Source: Heterodontus francisci
Taxonomy: Eukaryota
NCBI RefSeq assembly: GCF_036365525.1
Contig: NC_090393.1
Span: 14,604,201 to 14,668,200, forward strand
Length of the DNA stretch: 64,000 bases
Direction of reading: 5' to 3'
Shown: positions 1 through 11,654 of the stretch, one piece after another
Layout: the number at the start of each line of letters is the position of its first letter
How positions within the stretch are numbered: the first letter of the stretch is position 1
Translations under genes and position numbers: made by a program
The notes under the pieces: generated by a model
Databases searched by the model: none
Seen by the model: the letters and a program-made list of their open reading frames with translations, nothing else
Told to the model about the DNA's origin: nothing

Positions 1-69
1 ATTCCATCTGGAGTGGTCAGTCTTTGTATGAAATCAATACTAACATTGAGGTTCAAGGAACACACAACA

Positions 70-282
70 TCTATAACCCTCTATCTTGAATATACTCAAC
101 TACCGAGTGTCCACAGCTCTCTAAGGTAGAGAATTCCAAAGATTCACAACACTTTGAGTCAAGAAATTTCTCTTCTCAGTCCTATATGGCTGACCCCTTA
201 TTCTAAGACCCCATGTTCTAGATTTCTCAGACAAGGGAAACATTTCCTCAGTATCTACCCTGTCAAGTTCCTTAAGAATTAG
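70..282 (-). mobile_element. CR1 LINE 3' fragment
   Basis: Resembles the CR1 3' ORF2/UTR segments elsewhere in the window (ggtagagaattccaaagattcacaac...aagaaatttctc...ctagat). A separate + strand CR1 tail lies at about 300-375. Confidence 0.7.
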
Positions 283-379
283 ATTACCTGAGGTAGCAAA
301 TCAGCCATGGTCTTATTAAATGGTGGAGCAGGCACGAGGGGCTGTATGGTCTACTCCTGCTCCTATCTCTTATGTTAAC

Positions 380-636
380 TGCCTTCAGTGCCCTGATACT
401 AGGGAGGAGATGGAAATAAAATCAGGCAGCTGCTGCTTCCTGTCGGTATCCGGTGACTCCTATTGGAATGTGCATGTGTGCAGTCACCAAAAGACAGGAA
501 AGGCATAGCTGAGATACTCTGACACCCAATTACCGTGCTTACACATGAAGAATGCTTTCTTGAGCAAAATAGCAGTGGGCAATTGGCACTTGTGGGACAA
601 TATCCTAGTATTGAGTCAGCAACTTCATGAGGTGAG
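380..636 (+). repeat. Old SINE-like interspersed repeat, family unassigned
   Basis: Shares the motif (cagcc)agg...ctcctgatc.ctatccagtgacccctgctgga with decayed copies at about 2005-2260(-), 13050-13180(+), 24340-24640(-), 24660-25060(+) and 26290-26620(-). Confidence 0.5.
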
Positions 637-713
637 GTGAAAAAAATTGAACAGGGAATAAATGAATATTTTGACATCATTATTTTCTTTGCTATTACTT
701 TTGTACATTCTAG

Positions 714-915
714 TTTTGAAACAGAGGGTGCACTTTCCCATCTAACTCCTGGTACCATCTTTAGAGCTGTATTTGGCAGAGATCCAGGAGCTGAACCACT
801 ACTGCCCTCATGGCTTGGGGAACATACCTGCAAAGGCCAGACCAAGACAGTGGACCAGAAAGAAAACAAAAACCTTAGCAACTGGAATCTGACTGCCAAC
901 ATAAAGGCACTCATG
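714..915 (+). CDS. Candidate exon of an unidentified gene (FETEGALSHLTPG...NIKALM)
   Basis: Apparently non-repetitive. Long pyrimidine tract plus ctag acceptor ending at 713, consensus donor ATG|gtgagt at 915/916, open frame throughout. No protein family recognised. Confidence 0.3.
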
Positions 916-1041
916 GTGAGTTATTCACTCCCCAACCAGGGAAATGAAAGCAACATTTTTCTGTCACCTCCAGACAGGATCTGTAAGGGGAGAAGACTAT
1001 TTCTTTTCCAAGTATTTTACAGCCAATTGTGTGTTTTTTAG

Positions 1042-1077
1042 GTATCCGTGGTGATAAAAAGCCAAGTTGAAGCATAA
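1042..1077 (+). CDS. Candidate terminal coding exon (VSVVIKSQVEA*)
   Basis: Acceptor gtgttttttag ends at 1041, phase 0 compatible with 714-915, TAA at 1075-1077, AATAAA at 1122-1127. Confidence 0.2.
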   Translation, partial: VSVVIKSQVEA

Positions 1078-1559
1078 TCTTATTTATGTACCATGCATCA
1101 GTAACATCATATGATAAAACAAATAAACCACTCGAGCCATCCATCATAATGTTCTGTTCCATGTGAGTGATACTGATGTAAGCAATGCTCCCCATCAGTG
1201 ACAGTAACAGAGGGTGATGGGTATTTGGCATGATGTATGATAAACATTCCAATCAAAATGAACATTATGGTTTCACTACGCCAAGACTTGGAAACAAAAA
1301 AGGCTTACAGTTACTAGCTCCCCTCTGGGCATCTGAGAAGACAGATGGACTGGCAACTAATTTCTTTCCTCTTTAATGTCCTCTCCTACTCCTGAAAGGA
1401 TCAACTTTCTCATTGGAGCACACTTTTTGCTCAGTGAGATTCACTCTGTACTGTACTTAAGGACTCCTCCTGAACTGCCCAGACAGCATAACTGTTGTTT
1501 CAGGACCACCAATGTTTGGCTCAGTCGGAGCCCTTGCTGCTTCCAGCGCCTTGAATTCT

Positions 1560-1990
1560 TGTTTTTATTCATGCAAAGGATGTGGGCATTGTTGGCAAGG
1601 CCAGCATTTATTGCCCATCCCTAACTGCCCTTGAGGAGGAGGCAATGGTGAGCCACCTCATCGAATACAACTGAGTTGCTTGCTGGACCATTTCAGAGGG
1701 CAGTTAATGGACAACTACATTGCTGTGGGTCTGGAATCACATGTAGGCCAGACCAGGTAAGGGTAGCAGATTTCCTTCCCTAAAGGGCATTAATAAACCA
1801 GTTGGATTTTTACGACAATCTGGTAGTTTCATAGTTACCATTACTGGGACTAGCTTTTTAATGCCAGATTGTATTTAATTAATTGAATTTAAATTCCCTA
1901 GCTGAAACATTGTGATTGGAGCTCATGTGCCCTGATCATTAGTCCTGGCCTTGAAATATGAGTCGAGTAACATAACCACTATGCTATCAT
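1560..1990 (-). mobile_element. tRNA-derived SINE with a Meta/SlmI-like central domain
   Basis: Minus strand reads a tRNA-like head, then central ccctttagggaaggaaatctgc...ctggtctggcctacatgtga, then a tail matching the LINE 3' end at 25820-25915. Confidence 0.7.
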
Positions 1991-3033
1991 ACCCATATAT
2001 TTCAGTCTCAACAGTGAGCGCTGACAGGTTATCCAACTCTGAAGGAGATCAAAGCCAAGGCCAATTCCATCCTCACCAAGTGTCTACACACAAGCACCAC
2101 AAGCAGGGACTCCTGGACAATGATCAGGAATGGGAACACTGGCTGTTTTTTTCCCTATCTGGATCAGGGGTCCTGCAATATAGTGTAGTATCCCTCCTAA
2201 TGTCCAAGTTGGGATCAGCTAATTAAGTGCCAATCGGAGATCATTCCTGGAACTTTCTCGGTCCATGAATGGGTGATCGTGGTAGGAGGTGGGGGACATA
2301 TTATGGTGTTAGAATCATAGAGTCATAGAAAGTTTAAGGCACAGAAAGAGGCCACTTGGCCCATTGTGTCTGTGCTGGCTGAAAAACAATCCACCCATTC
2401 TAATCCCATCTTCCAGCACTCTATCCATGCCCCTCAAAATGTTGTACATTTCATTCAGATCTCTCCTCAGCCTTCTTTGTCCCAAGGAGAACAACCCCAA
2501 CCTATCCAATCTTTCCTCATAGCTACGTTTTTCCTGGCAACATCCTCGTAAATCTCCTCTATACCCTTTCTTGTGCAATTACATCCTTTCTGTAATGAGG
2601 TGACCGGAACTGCACACAGTATTCAAGTTGTGGCCTAACCAATGAATTATACAGTTCCAGCATAACCTCCCTGATCTTATATTCTATATCTCGGCTAATA
2701 AAGGAAAGGATTCCATATGCCTTCTTAACCACCTTATCGACCTGCTACCTTCAGGGATCTGTGGACATTCACTCCCTCTACACTTCTCAGTATTTTTCCA
2801 TTAATCATGTATTCCTTTGCCTTGTTTGACCTCCCCAAATGCATCATCTCACACTTCTCCAAGTTGAATTCCATTTGCCACTTTTCTGCCCATCTGACCA
2901 GACCATCAATATTTTCCTCCAGCCTACAGCAATCCTCCTCGCTATCTACCACACGGCCAATATTTGTGTTGTCTGCAAACTTCTTGATCATGCTCCCTAC
3001 ATTTATGTCCAAATCGTTAATATATACCACAAA

Positions 3034-3336
3034 TATATGCCAGCATTCGCCAGAGCTGGCGGGCAGCCATAAAGACAGGGCTAAATTGTGGCGAGTCGAA
3101 GAGACTTAGTAGTTGGCAGGAAAAAAGACAGAGGCGCAAGGGGAGAGCCAACTGTGCAACAGCCCCAACAAACAAATTTCTCTGCAGCACCTGTGGAAGA
3201 GCCTGTCACTCCAGAATTGGCCTTTATAGCCACTCCAGGCGCTGCTTCACAAACCACTGACCACCTCCAGGCGCGTATCCATTGTCTCTCGAGATAAGGA
3301 GGCCCAAAAGAAAAGAAAGAAAAAAGAAAAAAAGAA
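3034..3336 (+). mobile_element. RTE-clade LINE 3' end (5'-truncated) inserted in CR1
   Basis: Open frame WRAAIKTG...FLCSTCGRACHSRIGLYSHSRRCFTNH* (C-terminal zinc finger typical of RTE ORFs), A-rich (AAAG)n-like tail, 10-bp TSD ATACCACAAA at 3024-3033 and 3337-3346. Confidence 0.85.
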
Positions 3337-4496
3337 ATACCACAAAAAGCAGGGGATCCAGTACAGAGCCCTGCGGAACGCCACTGGAAACAGTCCCCCA
3401 ATCGCTAAAACACCTGTCAACAATTACCCTTTTTTTCCTGTCATTGAGCCAATTTTGTATCCACTTTGCTGCATTTCCCTGGATCCCATGGGATTTTATT
3501 TTTTTAACCAGTCTGCCATGTGGGACCTTGTTAAAAGCCTTGCTAAAATCCATGTAGACCACATCAACTGCTCTAACCTCATCTATCTTCCTTGTTACTT
3601 CTTCAAAAAATTCGATCAAGTTGGTCAGATAAGATCTTCCCTTAACAAATCCATGCTGACTATCCTTGATTAATCTGTGCTCTTCTAAGTGACAGATTAT
3701 TCTGTCTCTCAGAATAGATTCCAATAATTTGCCCACTACTGAGGTTAGACTGACTGGCCTGTAATTATTTGGTCTATCCCTCGCTCCCTTTTTAAACAGA
3801 GGTACAACATTAGCAGTTCTCCAATCCTCCGGCACCACACCTGTATCCAGTGAGGACTGGAAAATGATGGTCAGACCTTCTGCTATTTCCTCTCTTGCTT
3901 CTTTTAACAGCCTGGGGTACATTTCATCCGTCCCTGGTGATCTATCAACTTTCAAGGCTGCTAATCCCATTAATACTTCTTCTCTCCCTATGTTTATCAC
4001 ATCCAATACTTCACACCCCTCTTCCTTAACTATAATATCTGCATTGTCCCCCTCTTTTGTGAAGAAAGACGCAAGTATTCATTAAGAACAATACCAACAT
4101 CTTCCGCCCCTACACATAGGTTACCTTTTTGGTCTTTTATGGATCCTACTCTCTCCTTAGTTATCCTCTTACTCTTAATGTATTGATAAAACATTTCAGT
4201 GTTCACCTTGATTTTGCTTGCCAATATTCTTTCATGCCCTCGCTTTGCTTTCCTAATTTCCTTTTTGATTTCACCCCTCCACTTTCTATACTCCTCTTGG
4301 CTTTCTGCAGTATTAAGTTCTCTGTGTCAGACATAAGCTTTCCTTTTCTGCTTTATCTTACCCTGTAAGCTCCTTGGCATCCATGGGGCTCTAGATTTGG
4401 CCGTCTAACCCTTTTTTTGTGGGAACATGTTTACTCTGAACCCCTTGAATCTCTCCTTTGAATGCCACCTACTGCTCTGACACAGATTTAATGTCA

Positions 4497-4533
4497 GGTT
4501 CTGAAGAAGGGTCACTGACCTGAAACATTAACT
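4497..4533 (+). ncRNA. Minimal type I hammerhead ribozyme motif, CpG-decayed
   Basis: ggtt-CTGAAGA-a-gggtc/act/gacct-GAAA-c-att-aact: core CUGANGA (4501-4507), stem II GGTC/GACC, GAAA (4522-4525), stem I GGTT/AACT. Confidence 0.6.
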
Positions 4534-4631
4534 CTGCTTCTCTCTCCACTAATGCTGCCAGACCTGCTGAGCATTTCCGGCATTTCCTGTTTTTATTTCA
4601 GATTTCCAGCATCCGCAGTATTTTGCTTTTT
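4497..4631 (+). mobile_element. Penelope-like (PLE-derived) short retroposon inserted in CR1
   Basis: Sequence ctgaagaagggtc...gaaac...tgctgccagacctgctgagcatttcc...ttttatttcagatttccagcatccgcagt; 11-bp TSD ATTTAA(T/C)GTCA at 4486-4496 and 4632-4642. Confidence 0.75.
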
Positions 4632-5098
4632 ATTTAACGTCAAGTAGCTGTTTCCAGTCCACTTTCGCTAAATCACTCCTCAGTTTAGTAAAATTGGCCT
4701 TGCCCCAATTGAGAACTCTAACTCCTGTTCTATCTCTGTCCTTTTCCATAATTATGTTAAAACTGACTGAATTATGATCACTACTACCAAAATGCTCTCC
4801 CACTGCCACTCCTTCCACCTGGCCAGCTTCATTTCCTAAAACTAAGTCTAAAACTACGCCCTCTCTTGTTAGACTTGCTACATACTGGCCAAAAAAGTTC
4901 TCCTGAATGCACCTCAAGAATTCTGCTCCCTCAATTCTTTTCACATGAAAACTATCCCAGTTAATATTGGGGTACTTAAAATCCCCTCCTATTACTGCCC
5001 TATTGTTCTTGCACTTCTCAAAGATTTGCTTACATATCTGCTCTTCTATCTCTCTCTGACTGTTTGGGGGTCCATAGTACACTCCCAGCAGTGTGATT

Positions 5099-5561
5099 TA
5101 AAGGCTTGCTACCTGACCCGAACCCAACGGGACCTGACAATATGTGTTGGGCTCGGGTCAGGCCGGGTCCGAGTCGGGCTGGGTCCGGGTCGGACACACA
5201 CAATACTGCCCGTTGCTCTGCTGGGAGGAAAAGGGAAGTTGAATAAGTAAGCGTCATAATTTGAAAAGCCTGCCTGAGCTGGGAGTCTGGGACGTCAAGG
5301 AGGGAAACATGCATCCGGACTCCACAGATGCTGAGTCTGTGCAGTGAGTGAGTGAGCGTCTCTATGATATCATCGCACTCATGCTGCAGCTTCCTTCCAT
5401 TCCATCCATCCAAAAGTGGTAAGTACAGTGAGTGCGCTATGGTCAGGTTGGGTCGGGCGCGGGAAAAAATGGAAGGACTCGGGCCTGGTTGGGCTCGGGT
5501 CTGATGTGGTTCTGTCGGGTTGGGGTCGGGTTTTCTTTTCCAGGCCCGAGCAGGCCTTTTA
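5099..5561. mobile_element. Non-autonomous DNA transposon (MITE, hAT-like) inserted in CR1
   Basis: Inverted termini TAAAGGCTTGCT / AGCAGGCCTTT(T)A, many subterminal CCCGA/TCGGG motifs, CpG-rich. No clear TSD; a short stretch of CR1 appears lost at the site. Confidence 0.65.
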
Positions 5562-7197
5562 CTCAATCCATATGGCCTCATTTGATGAACCTTCCAACAT
5601 ATCATCCCTCCTCACAGCTGTAATAGTTCCTTTGACCAAAATTGCCACTCCCCCTCCTTTCTTATCCCCCTCCCTATCGCGAGTGAAAACCCTGTAATCA
5701 GGAACATTGAGCTGCCATTCCTGTCCCTCCTTAAGCCATGTTTCTGTAATAGCTATGATATCATACTGCCACATGTCTATCTGTGTCCTCACTCATCTGC
5801 TTTATTTGCTATACTCCTTGCATTGAAATAGATACCCGTGAGCACTACCAAACTCTTTATTTTCTAACCTTTGTTTCCTCTGTCTTCCAGACTCATCCAT
5901 TAATTTTCTGCCTTCCATTTTCATTTCTGATTTTGTCCCAACTGAGTCTACCCTCAGGTCCCCATCCCCCTGCCAAACTAGTTTAAATCCTCCCCAACAG
6001 CACTAGCAAAATGTCCCGCAACACCTTAGTCGTAACACCTCTAACCCCACCAACATTTGAGGGTTAGTAAGAGGAGGTCCTTTAATTTAAATGCCTCTTA
6101 TGGTGCAGCAAAGGTGCCTGCCTGCTCCCACAACCATTAATTGCAGTGTAACTGCTGGATGGGGCGGGGGTGGGGGGGGGGGGTGGTTATTCAGTCCCCA
6201 CATTAAGCAGCCATGCTCTCTGGGGTAGTCATCTTTTGTCAAGTTCAAAACTGAATTTCTTTGGAATTGGGTTCGTTTGACACTTGAGATTGGCATTGGT
6301 AATGAAGACAATTCTTCAGAAACCTTAAGAATTAGCAATGCTTTCATCATGAGATACGTCACATACATTTGAAATTGACTTTTACTTTGCAGTTCAGCTT
6401 CTCTTTAGATATTTCAGGACAAGCCTTTGAAAAATTTGGTCCAAAATTGGACAGGTGGCATTTCCGGAGTTATCCACTTAGCAGATACAGTGTTCTGTTT
6501 CCTTGCGGGTAGGTACTACTGCACAGACATTTAACACTATATGGCATCTGGTAAGGCTAAGTCTTTGCCCCTTAGAAGGTTGCATCAATTGAGGTTCTGG
6601 CCATGTTTGTTAATAAGCTCTATTCATTGAAGGTAACAATGAAATAAAGTTTGAACAGCTGTAAACTCAATAATTATACTGTTGGCGAGCTTACTCTGTT
6701 AAGCGCCCACATGTGCAGTCTTAAGTATGTTCAAATTGGCCAGCAAATATCTTTCATTAGAGGTAGTTTTCTGAAATGTCTCCAATGCTGGAATGAGGCT
6801 CAATAATTCTTTGCTCCCTACCTTTTATCTGACATTTTACCAAATTTCCATACATTTTGGTGATTTATTCAGACTGCTGTCAGATTTGTTTACAGAATGA
6901 AAGGTAAGAAGAAACACAATAAAGAAGACAAGTGCTTCAATGTCACACATAACACACAATAATTATTCTTTTTAAAGCTCTAGCCTCCTCTCGACATGTT
7001 GCCCCAGAGTTTCTCTAATTACTGTTCTGCATACACTTGATTGTCTTCATGTAATCTTCTCTCTTTGAAAAAGCACAAAGGTGCATGTGTCATAACGTAA
7101 CTAACAGTTTTTCTTGAGCGTTGAATAACTCTGTTTGGCTTTGAACAGGGAGTAAGCCCTTATAAACTTCTCATTATGACAAATACCCCTTTGTTAA

Positions 7198-9508
7198 TGT
7201 CAGTCTTAGCTCAGTGGTAGACCGCTCACGTCTGAATTAGAAGGCTGTGGATTCAAATCCCACTCTAGAGTAATTCAGTTTGGCATCTCAGTGTAGTACC
7301 AAGGGAGTAGTCTGCTGTTGAAAGTGCCAGTGCTTGGATGAGATATTAAACCAAGATACTGTCTGCCTGCTGGGATGAATCGAAAAGATCACATGGCATT
7401 ATTTGAAGATCAGTGGGATTTAGCCCTAGTGTCCTGGTAAATATTTATCTCTCAACGAACATCACTAAATCAGATGATCTGATCATTATTACATTTCTAT
7501 TTGTGGGACCTTGCTGTGTACTATTTGGTTGCTGCTTATAGGAACATAGTAACAAAGGAAATAGGAGCAGAAGCAAGCCACTTGGCCCCTCGAGCCTGCT
7601 CCGCCATTCAACAAGATCATGGCTGATCTGATTGTAACCTCAACTCCACATTCCTGCTTACACCCAATAACCTTACACCCCTTGCTTATCAAGAATCTAT
7701 CTACCTCTGCCTTAAAAATATTCAAAGACTCTGCTTCCACCGGCTTTTGAGGAAGAGAGTTCCAGAGATTCATGATCCTCTGAGAGTAAGGTCTCACCAA
7801 GGCAATTGCAGCAAGACTTCTTTACTCCTGTACTCAAATCCTCTTGCAATAAAGGCCAACATACCATTTGGCTTTCTAATTGCTTGCTGTACCTGCATGT
7901 TAGCTTTCAGTGACTTATGAACAAGGACACCCAGGTCCCTTTGGACATCAACACTTCCCAATCTCTCACCATTTAAGAAACACTCTGCATTTCTGTTTTT
8001 TCTACCAAAGTGGATACCTTCACATTTTTCCACATTATATTCCATTTGTCATGTTCTTGCCCACTTACTTAGCCTGTCTAAATCCCCTTGAAGCCTCTTT
8101 GTATCCTCCTCACAACTCACATTCCCACCTAGTTTTGTGTCATCAGCAAACTTGGAAATATTACATTTGGTCTCCACATCCAAATCATTGATATAGATCG
8201 TGAGCACTGGGGCCCAAGCACTGATCCTTGTGGAATCCCACTAGTCACAGCCTGCCAACGCAAGAATGACCCATTGATTCCTACTGTCTGCTTTCTGTTC
8301 ATTAACCAATTCTCAGTCCATGCCAGTATATTTCCCCCAATCCCATGTGCTTTAATTTTGCTCATTAACTTCCTGTGTGGGACTTTATCGAAAGCCTTCT
8401 GAAAATCCAAATACACCACATCCACTGGTTCCCCCTTATATATTCTGCTTGTTACATCCTCAAAAAACTCCAACAGGTTTGTCAAACATGATTTCCCTTT
8501 CATAAATCCCTGTTGACTCTGTCCAATCCTACCATTATTTTCGAAGTGTCCAGTTATCACATCCTTTATAATAGATTCTAGCATTTTCCCTATGACTGAT
8601 GTCAGGTTAACAGATTTGTAGTTCCCTGTTTTCTCTCTCCCTTCTTTCTTACATAATGTGGTTACATTTGCTACCTTCCAATCTTCAGGAACTACTCCAA
8701 AATCTATAGAATTTTGGAAGATGATCAGCAATGCATCCATTATCGCTACAGCTATCTCCTTCACCATTCTGGGATTTAGATCATCAAGACCAGTGGATTT
8801 ATTAACTTTCAATCCCATTAATTTCTCCAGTACTACTTTTTTTATTAATACTAATTTCTTTCAGTTCCTCATTTTCGCTAGTCGTTTGGTTCTTTAGTAT
8901 TTCTGGGAGGTTTTTTGTATCTTCCTTGCGTGAAGACAGACACAAAGTATTTGTTTAGTTTGCCATTTCCGATTATAAATTCCCCTGTCTTTGCCTGTAT
9001 TGGGCCCACATTTGTCTTTGCTAATCTTTTCCTTTTTGCATACAAATAGAAGCTTTTACAGTCTGTGTTTTTGCTTCTTGCTAGTTTACTTTCATATTCT
9101 ATTTTTCTTTATCAGTTTCTTAGTCCTCCTTTGCTGAATTCTAAAATGCTTCCAATCCGTAGGCTTACTTCCTTTTTGACAACTTTATAAGCCTCTTCCT
9201 TTGATCTAATACAACCTTTAACTTCTCTTGCTAGCCATGGTTGGAATGCAAATTTGTTGTAAACCATATATTAATTCTTTAAATGCTGTTGCCTGTCTAC
9301 CGTCATACTTTTACATGTAGTTTCCCAATCCACTACAGCCAACTTGCCTGTCAAACCTTCATAGTTTCCTTTCTTTCCTAGTTTTGGATTGAACGACATA
9401 ATTTTCAAACTTAAAGTAAAATTCTATCATTAGATTTTCCCACATTATATTGTGTGAGTACATTTCAAAAAGTACTCAATGGCTGTAAAGTGCTTTGAAC
9501 ATGCTGAG
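7198..9508 (+). mobile_element. Deu-type SINE (SacSINE1-like), split by a CR1 insertion (SINE parts about 7198-7535 and 9434-9508)
   Basis: tRNA-like head (gctcagtggtag...ggattcaaatccc) and central gatgagatattaaacc...aaaagatc; the SINE sequence resumes at tttcccacatta...ggctgtaaagtgctttg. Confidence 0.8.
7536..9432 (-). mobile_element. CR1 LINE, RT region with internal deletion
   Basis: ORFs 8129-8818 and 7794-8045 (YLDFQKAFDKVPH, SGIPQGSVLGP, RDLGV); repeated tail at 7536-7560; deletion near 7790. Confidence 0.93.
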
Positions 9509-9511
9509 AAA

Positions 9512-9962
9512 GAAAAGAATAAAGAAGGACTTGCACTTATATAGTACTTTTCACAACCACCAGATGTCTCAAAGCACATCATAGTCAATGAAGTACCTTT
9601 GAAGTGTAGTCACTGTTGTAATGTAGGAAACGTGGCAGCCAATTTACACACAGCAAGCTCCCACAAACAGCAATGTGATAATGACTAGATAATCTGTTTT
9701 TATGATCTTGATTAAGGGATAAATATTGACCAGGATATAGAAGATAACTCTGCTGTTCTTTTTCAAAATAACACCATGGGATCCTTTTCATCCATCCAAG
9801 CACGCAGATGGGGCCTGAAAGATGGCACCTCCAACAGCACAGCACTTCCTCAGTACTGAGGTGTCAGCCTTGATTTTTGTGCTTAAGTGCTGGAGTGACA
9901 CTTGAACCCAGAGCCTTATGCATCAAGAAGTACGTGTGCTACCAACTCAACCACAGTTGATA
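9512..9962 (-). mobile_element. Deu-type SINE
   Basis: Reverse complement of the SINE body from the tail (gacttgcacttatatag) to the tRNA-like head (accaactcaaccacagttga). Confidence 0.85.
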
Positions 9963-10543
9963 CATAAAAACATTTCCTAAATGTGAGTTTATTATTTTAT
10001 TATGGTCCCTGTTGAAAAATTGTGTTTGGGAGAGGGTGAGAGTCTACCTAAATCATCTCTATGCAGCGCCTATTGGATTGCTAAAAATAGGAGATCTGCA
10101 ACACCCCTGGCATGTACTGCATAGTTCCTGTAATTGCATATTTCCCCCTGTTATTGCATTCATTCTGTACAGCTCGGGGGGATGATAAACAGAGTACATC
10201 CAACTGGGATTGGATATGAACATATGGTTCATCTAAACTGCAGAGAATATTTAGTAGAGGAGCTTAATCCATAAGAAAAAATGAACCCCCTTGAGAACTA
10301 GGTAGTTCCTATCTGTCTCAAAAAAGTCAATTTGGAGGCATGGTAACATTTCCCGCTCAGCAGAACCGAAGCAAGGGAGCAACAAAAATGCGACAGCACA
10401 ATTTCCCTCCCTGAGCCTCATTAATAAATGCAAATCAGGGCACTGCGATGTACTTGGGACCCCAATGGCATTTCAACCTGAATAGGTTGCCCACTGCAAC
10501 TGGCCAACTGGGTAAAGCTGTCGTGATTCCAACCAGCTTTGGG

Positions 10544-10965
10544 TGTCAGCTGGGGCTCAGATGGTTGCTTCTTGCTTCTCAATCAGATGATTGTGGGTTT
10601 GAGTCCAACTCCAAGACTTGGGCAGAAAAATCAAAGCTGACACTCCAGTGCATACTGAAGGAGTGCTGCATTGTTAGAGGTGCTGTCTTTCAGGTGAGAT
10701 GTTAAACTAAGGCTCCATCTGCTCTCTCAGATGGACTGTTGTGAAGAAGAGCAGGGGAGCTATGGATGGATGGATGTAAATGATCCCATGGTGTTATTTT
10801 GAAAAAGAACAGCGGAGCTATCCCTGGTGCCTTGGCCAATATTTATCCCTAAATCAACATCACAAAAACAGATTACCTCTTCATTTTCACTTTGCTGTTT
10901 GTGGGAGCTTGATGTGTGAAGATTGGCTGCTGTGTTTCCTACATTACAACAGTACTTCATTGGAT
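10544..10965 (+). mobile_element. Deu-type SINE with a short internal duplication
   Basis: Head gtcagctggggctcag, central gatgttaaactaaggc; tgaagaagagcaggggagctat occurs twice. Confidence 0.85.
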
Positions 10966-11042
10966 TAGGGCCTGGGCCATCTGAAAGCGCAGCTGCCTAT
11001 GGCAGAGCAATGAAAATCAGAAATGAGCAACAGGCTAGCATT

Positions 11043-11468
11043 AAAGAAAAGAAAAAGGACTTGCATTTATGTAGCATCTTTCATGTCTTCAGTATGTCCC
11101 AAAGTGCGTTACAGCCACCTAAGTAGTGTTGAAGTGTAATTGCAATTGTAATGTAGGAAATTCGGCAGCCAATTTGTGCACAGAAAGCTCCCACAAACAG
11201 CAATGTAATGACAAGCAATGTAATAATCTGTTTTAGTGAATGTTGGTCAGAACACCAGAGAGAATTTCCCTGCTCTTCTTCAAAATGCCGCATGGGATCT
11301 TTTACAACCACCTGAGAGGCAGACCAGGACTCAGTTTAACATCTCATCTGACAGTGTAGCACTGGCGTGCCAGCATAAATTTTACTCTAAATTCTCTGGA
11401 GTGAGACTTGAACACACAACCTTCAGACTCAGTGGAAAAAGTGCTACCCACTGAGGCATAGCTGACAT
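11043..11468 (-). mobile_element. Deu-type SINE
   Basis: Tail gacttgcatttatgtagc through head gtgctacccactgaggcatagctgac. Confidence 0.85.
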
Positions 11469-11654
11469 CATAGTTAGAGGAGCGCAGTGATCTTAGAAGG
11501 TTGTAGGGCTGGAGGAGGTCACATAGATGGGGAGAGGAAAATCTTGGGAGATTGTTTGGACAAGAACCAGCTTTGAAACTTCTAAAAGACCGATAAAAAT
11601 TTCTGCTGTTGCATTGTGAGTAAGATCAGTGTTGTGCTGCTGCAAAAGCATCAT

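Larger units (their letters stand above)
2310..6022 (-). mobile_element. CR1 LINE: end of ORF1 plus most of ORF2 (APE endonuclease and RT), decayed, with three insertions
   Basis: ORF1 end LAGHFASAVGEDLN*; APE motifs YDIIAITETWL, GDFKYP, SSDHN; RT motifs NYRPVSLTS, YMDFSKAF, SGVPQGSVL; (ATTCTATG)-type 3' repeat at 2310-2330. Confidence 0.95.

Noticed and set aside
2807-3557. Plus-strand ORFs overlapping CR1 (also 34067-34372, 34834-35253, 8658-8897)
   Set aside because: Antisense shadow frames of CR1 ORF2, not independent genes.
7198-7275. tRNA-like sequences (also near 10544, 13669, 44783, 47495)
   Set aside because: They are SINE heads continuous with the SINE body; no intact cloverleaf.
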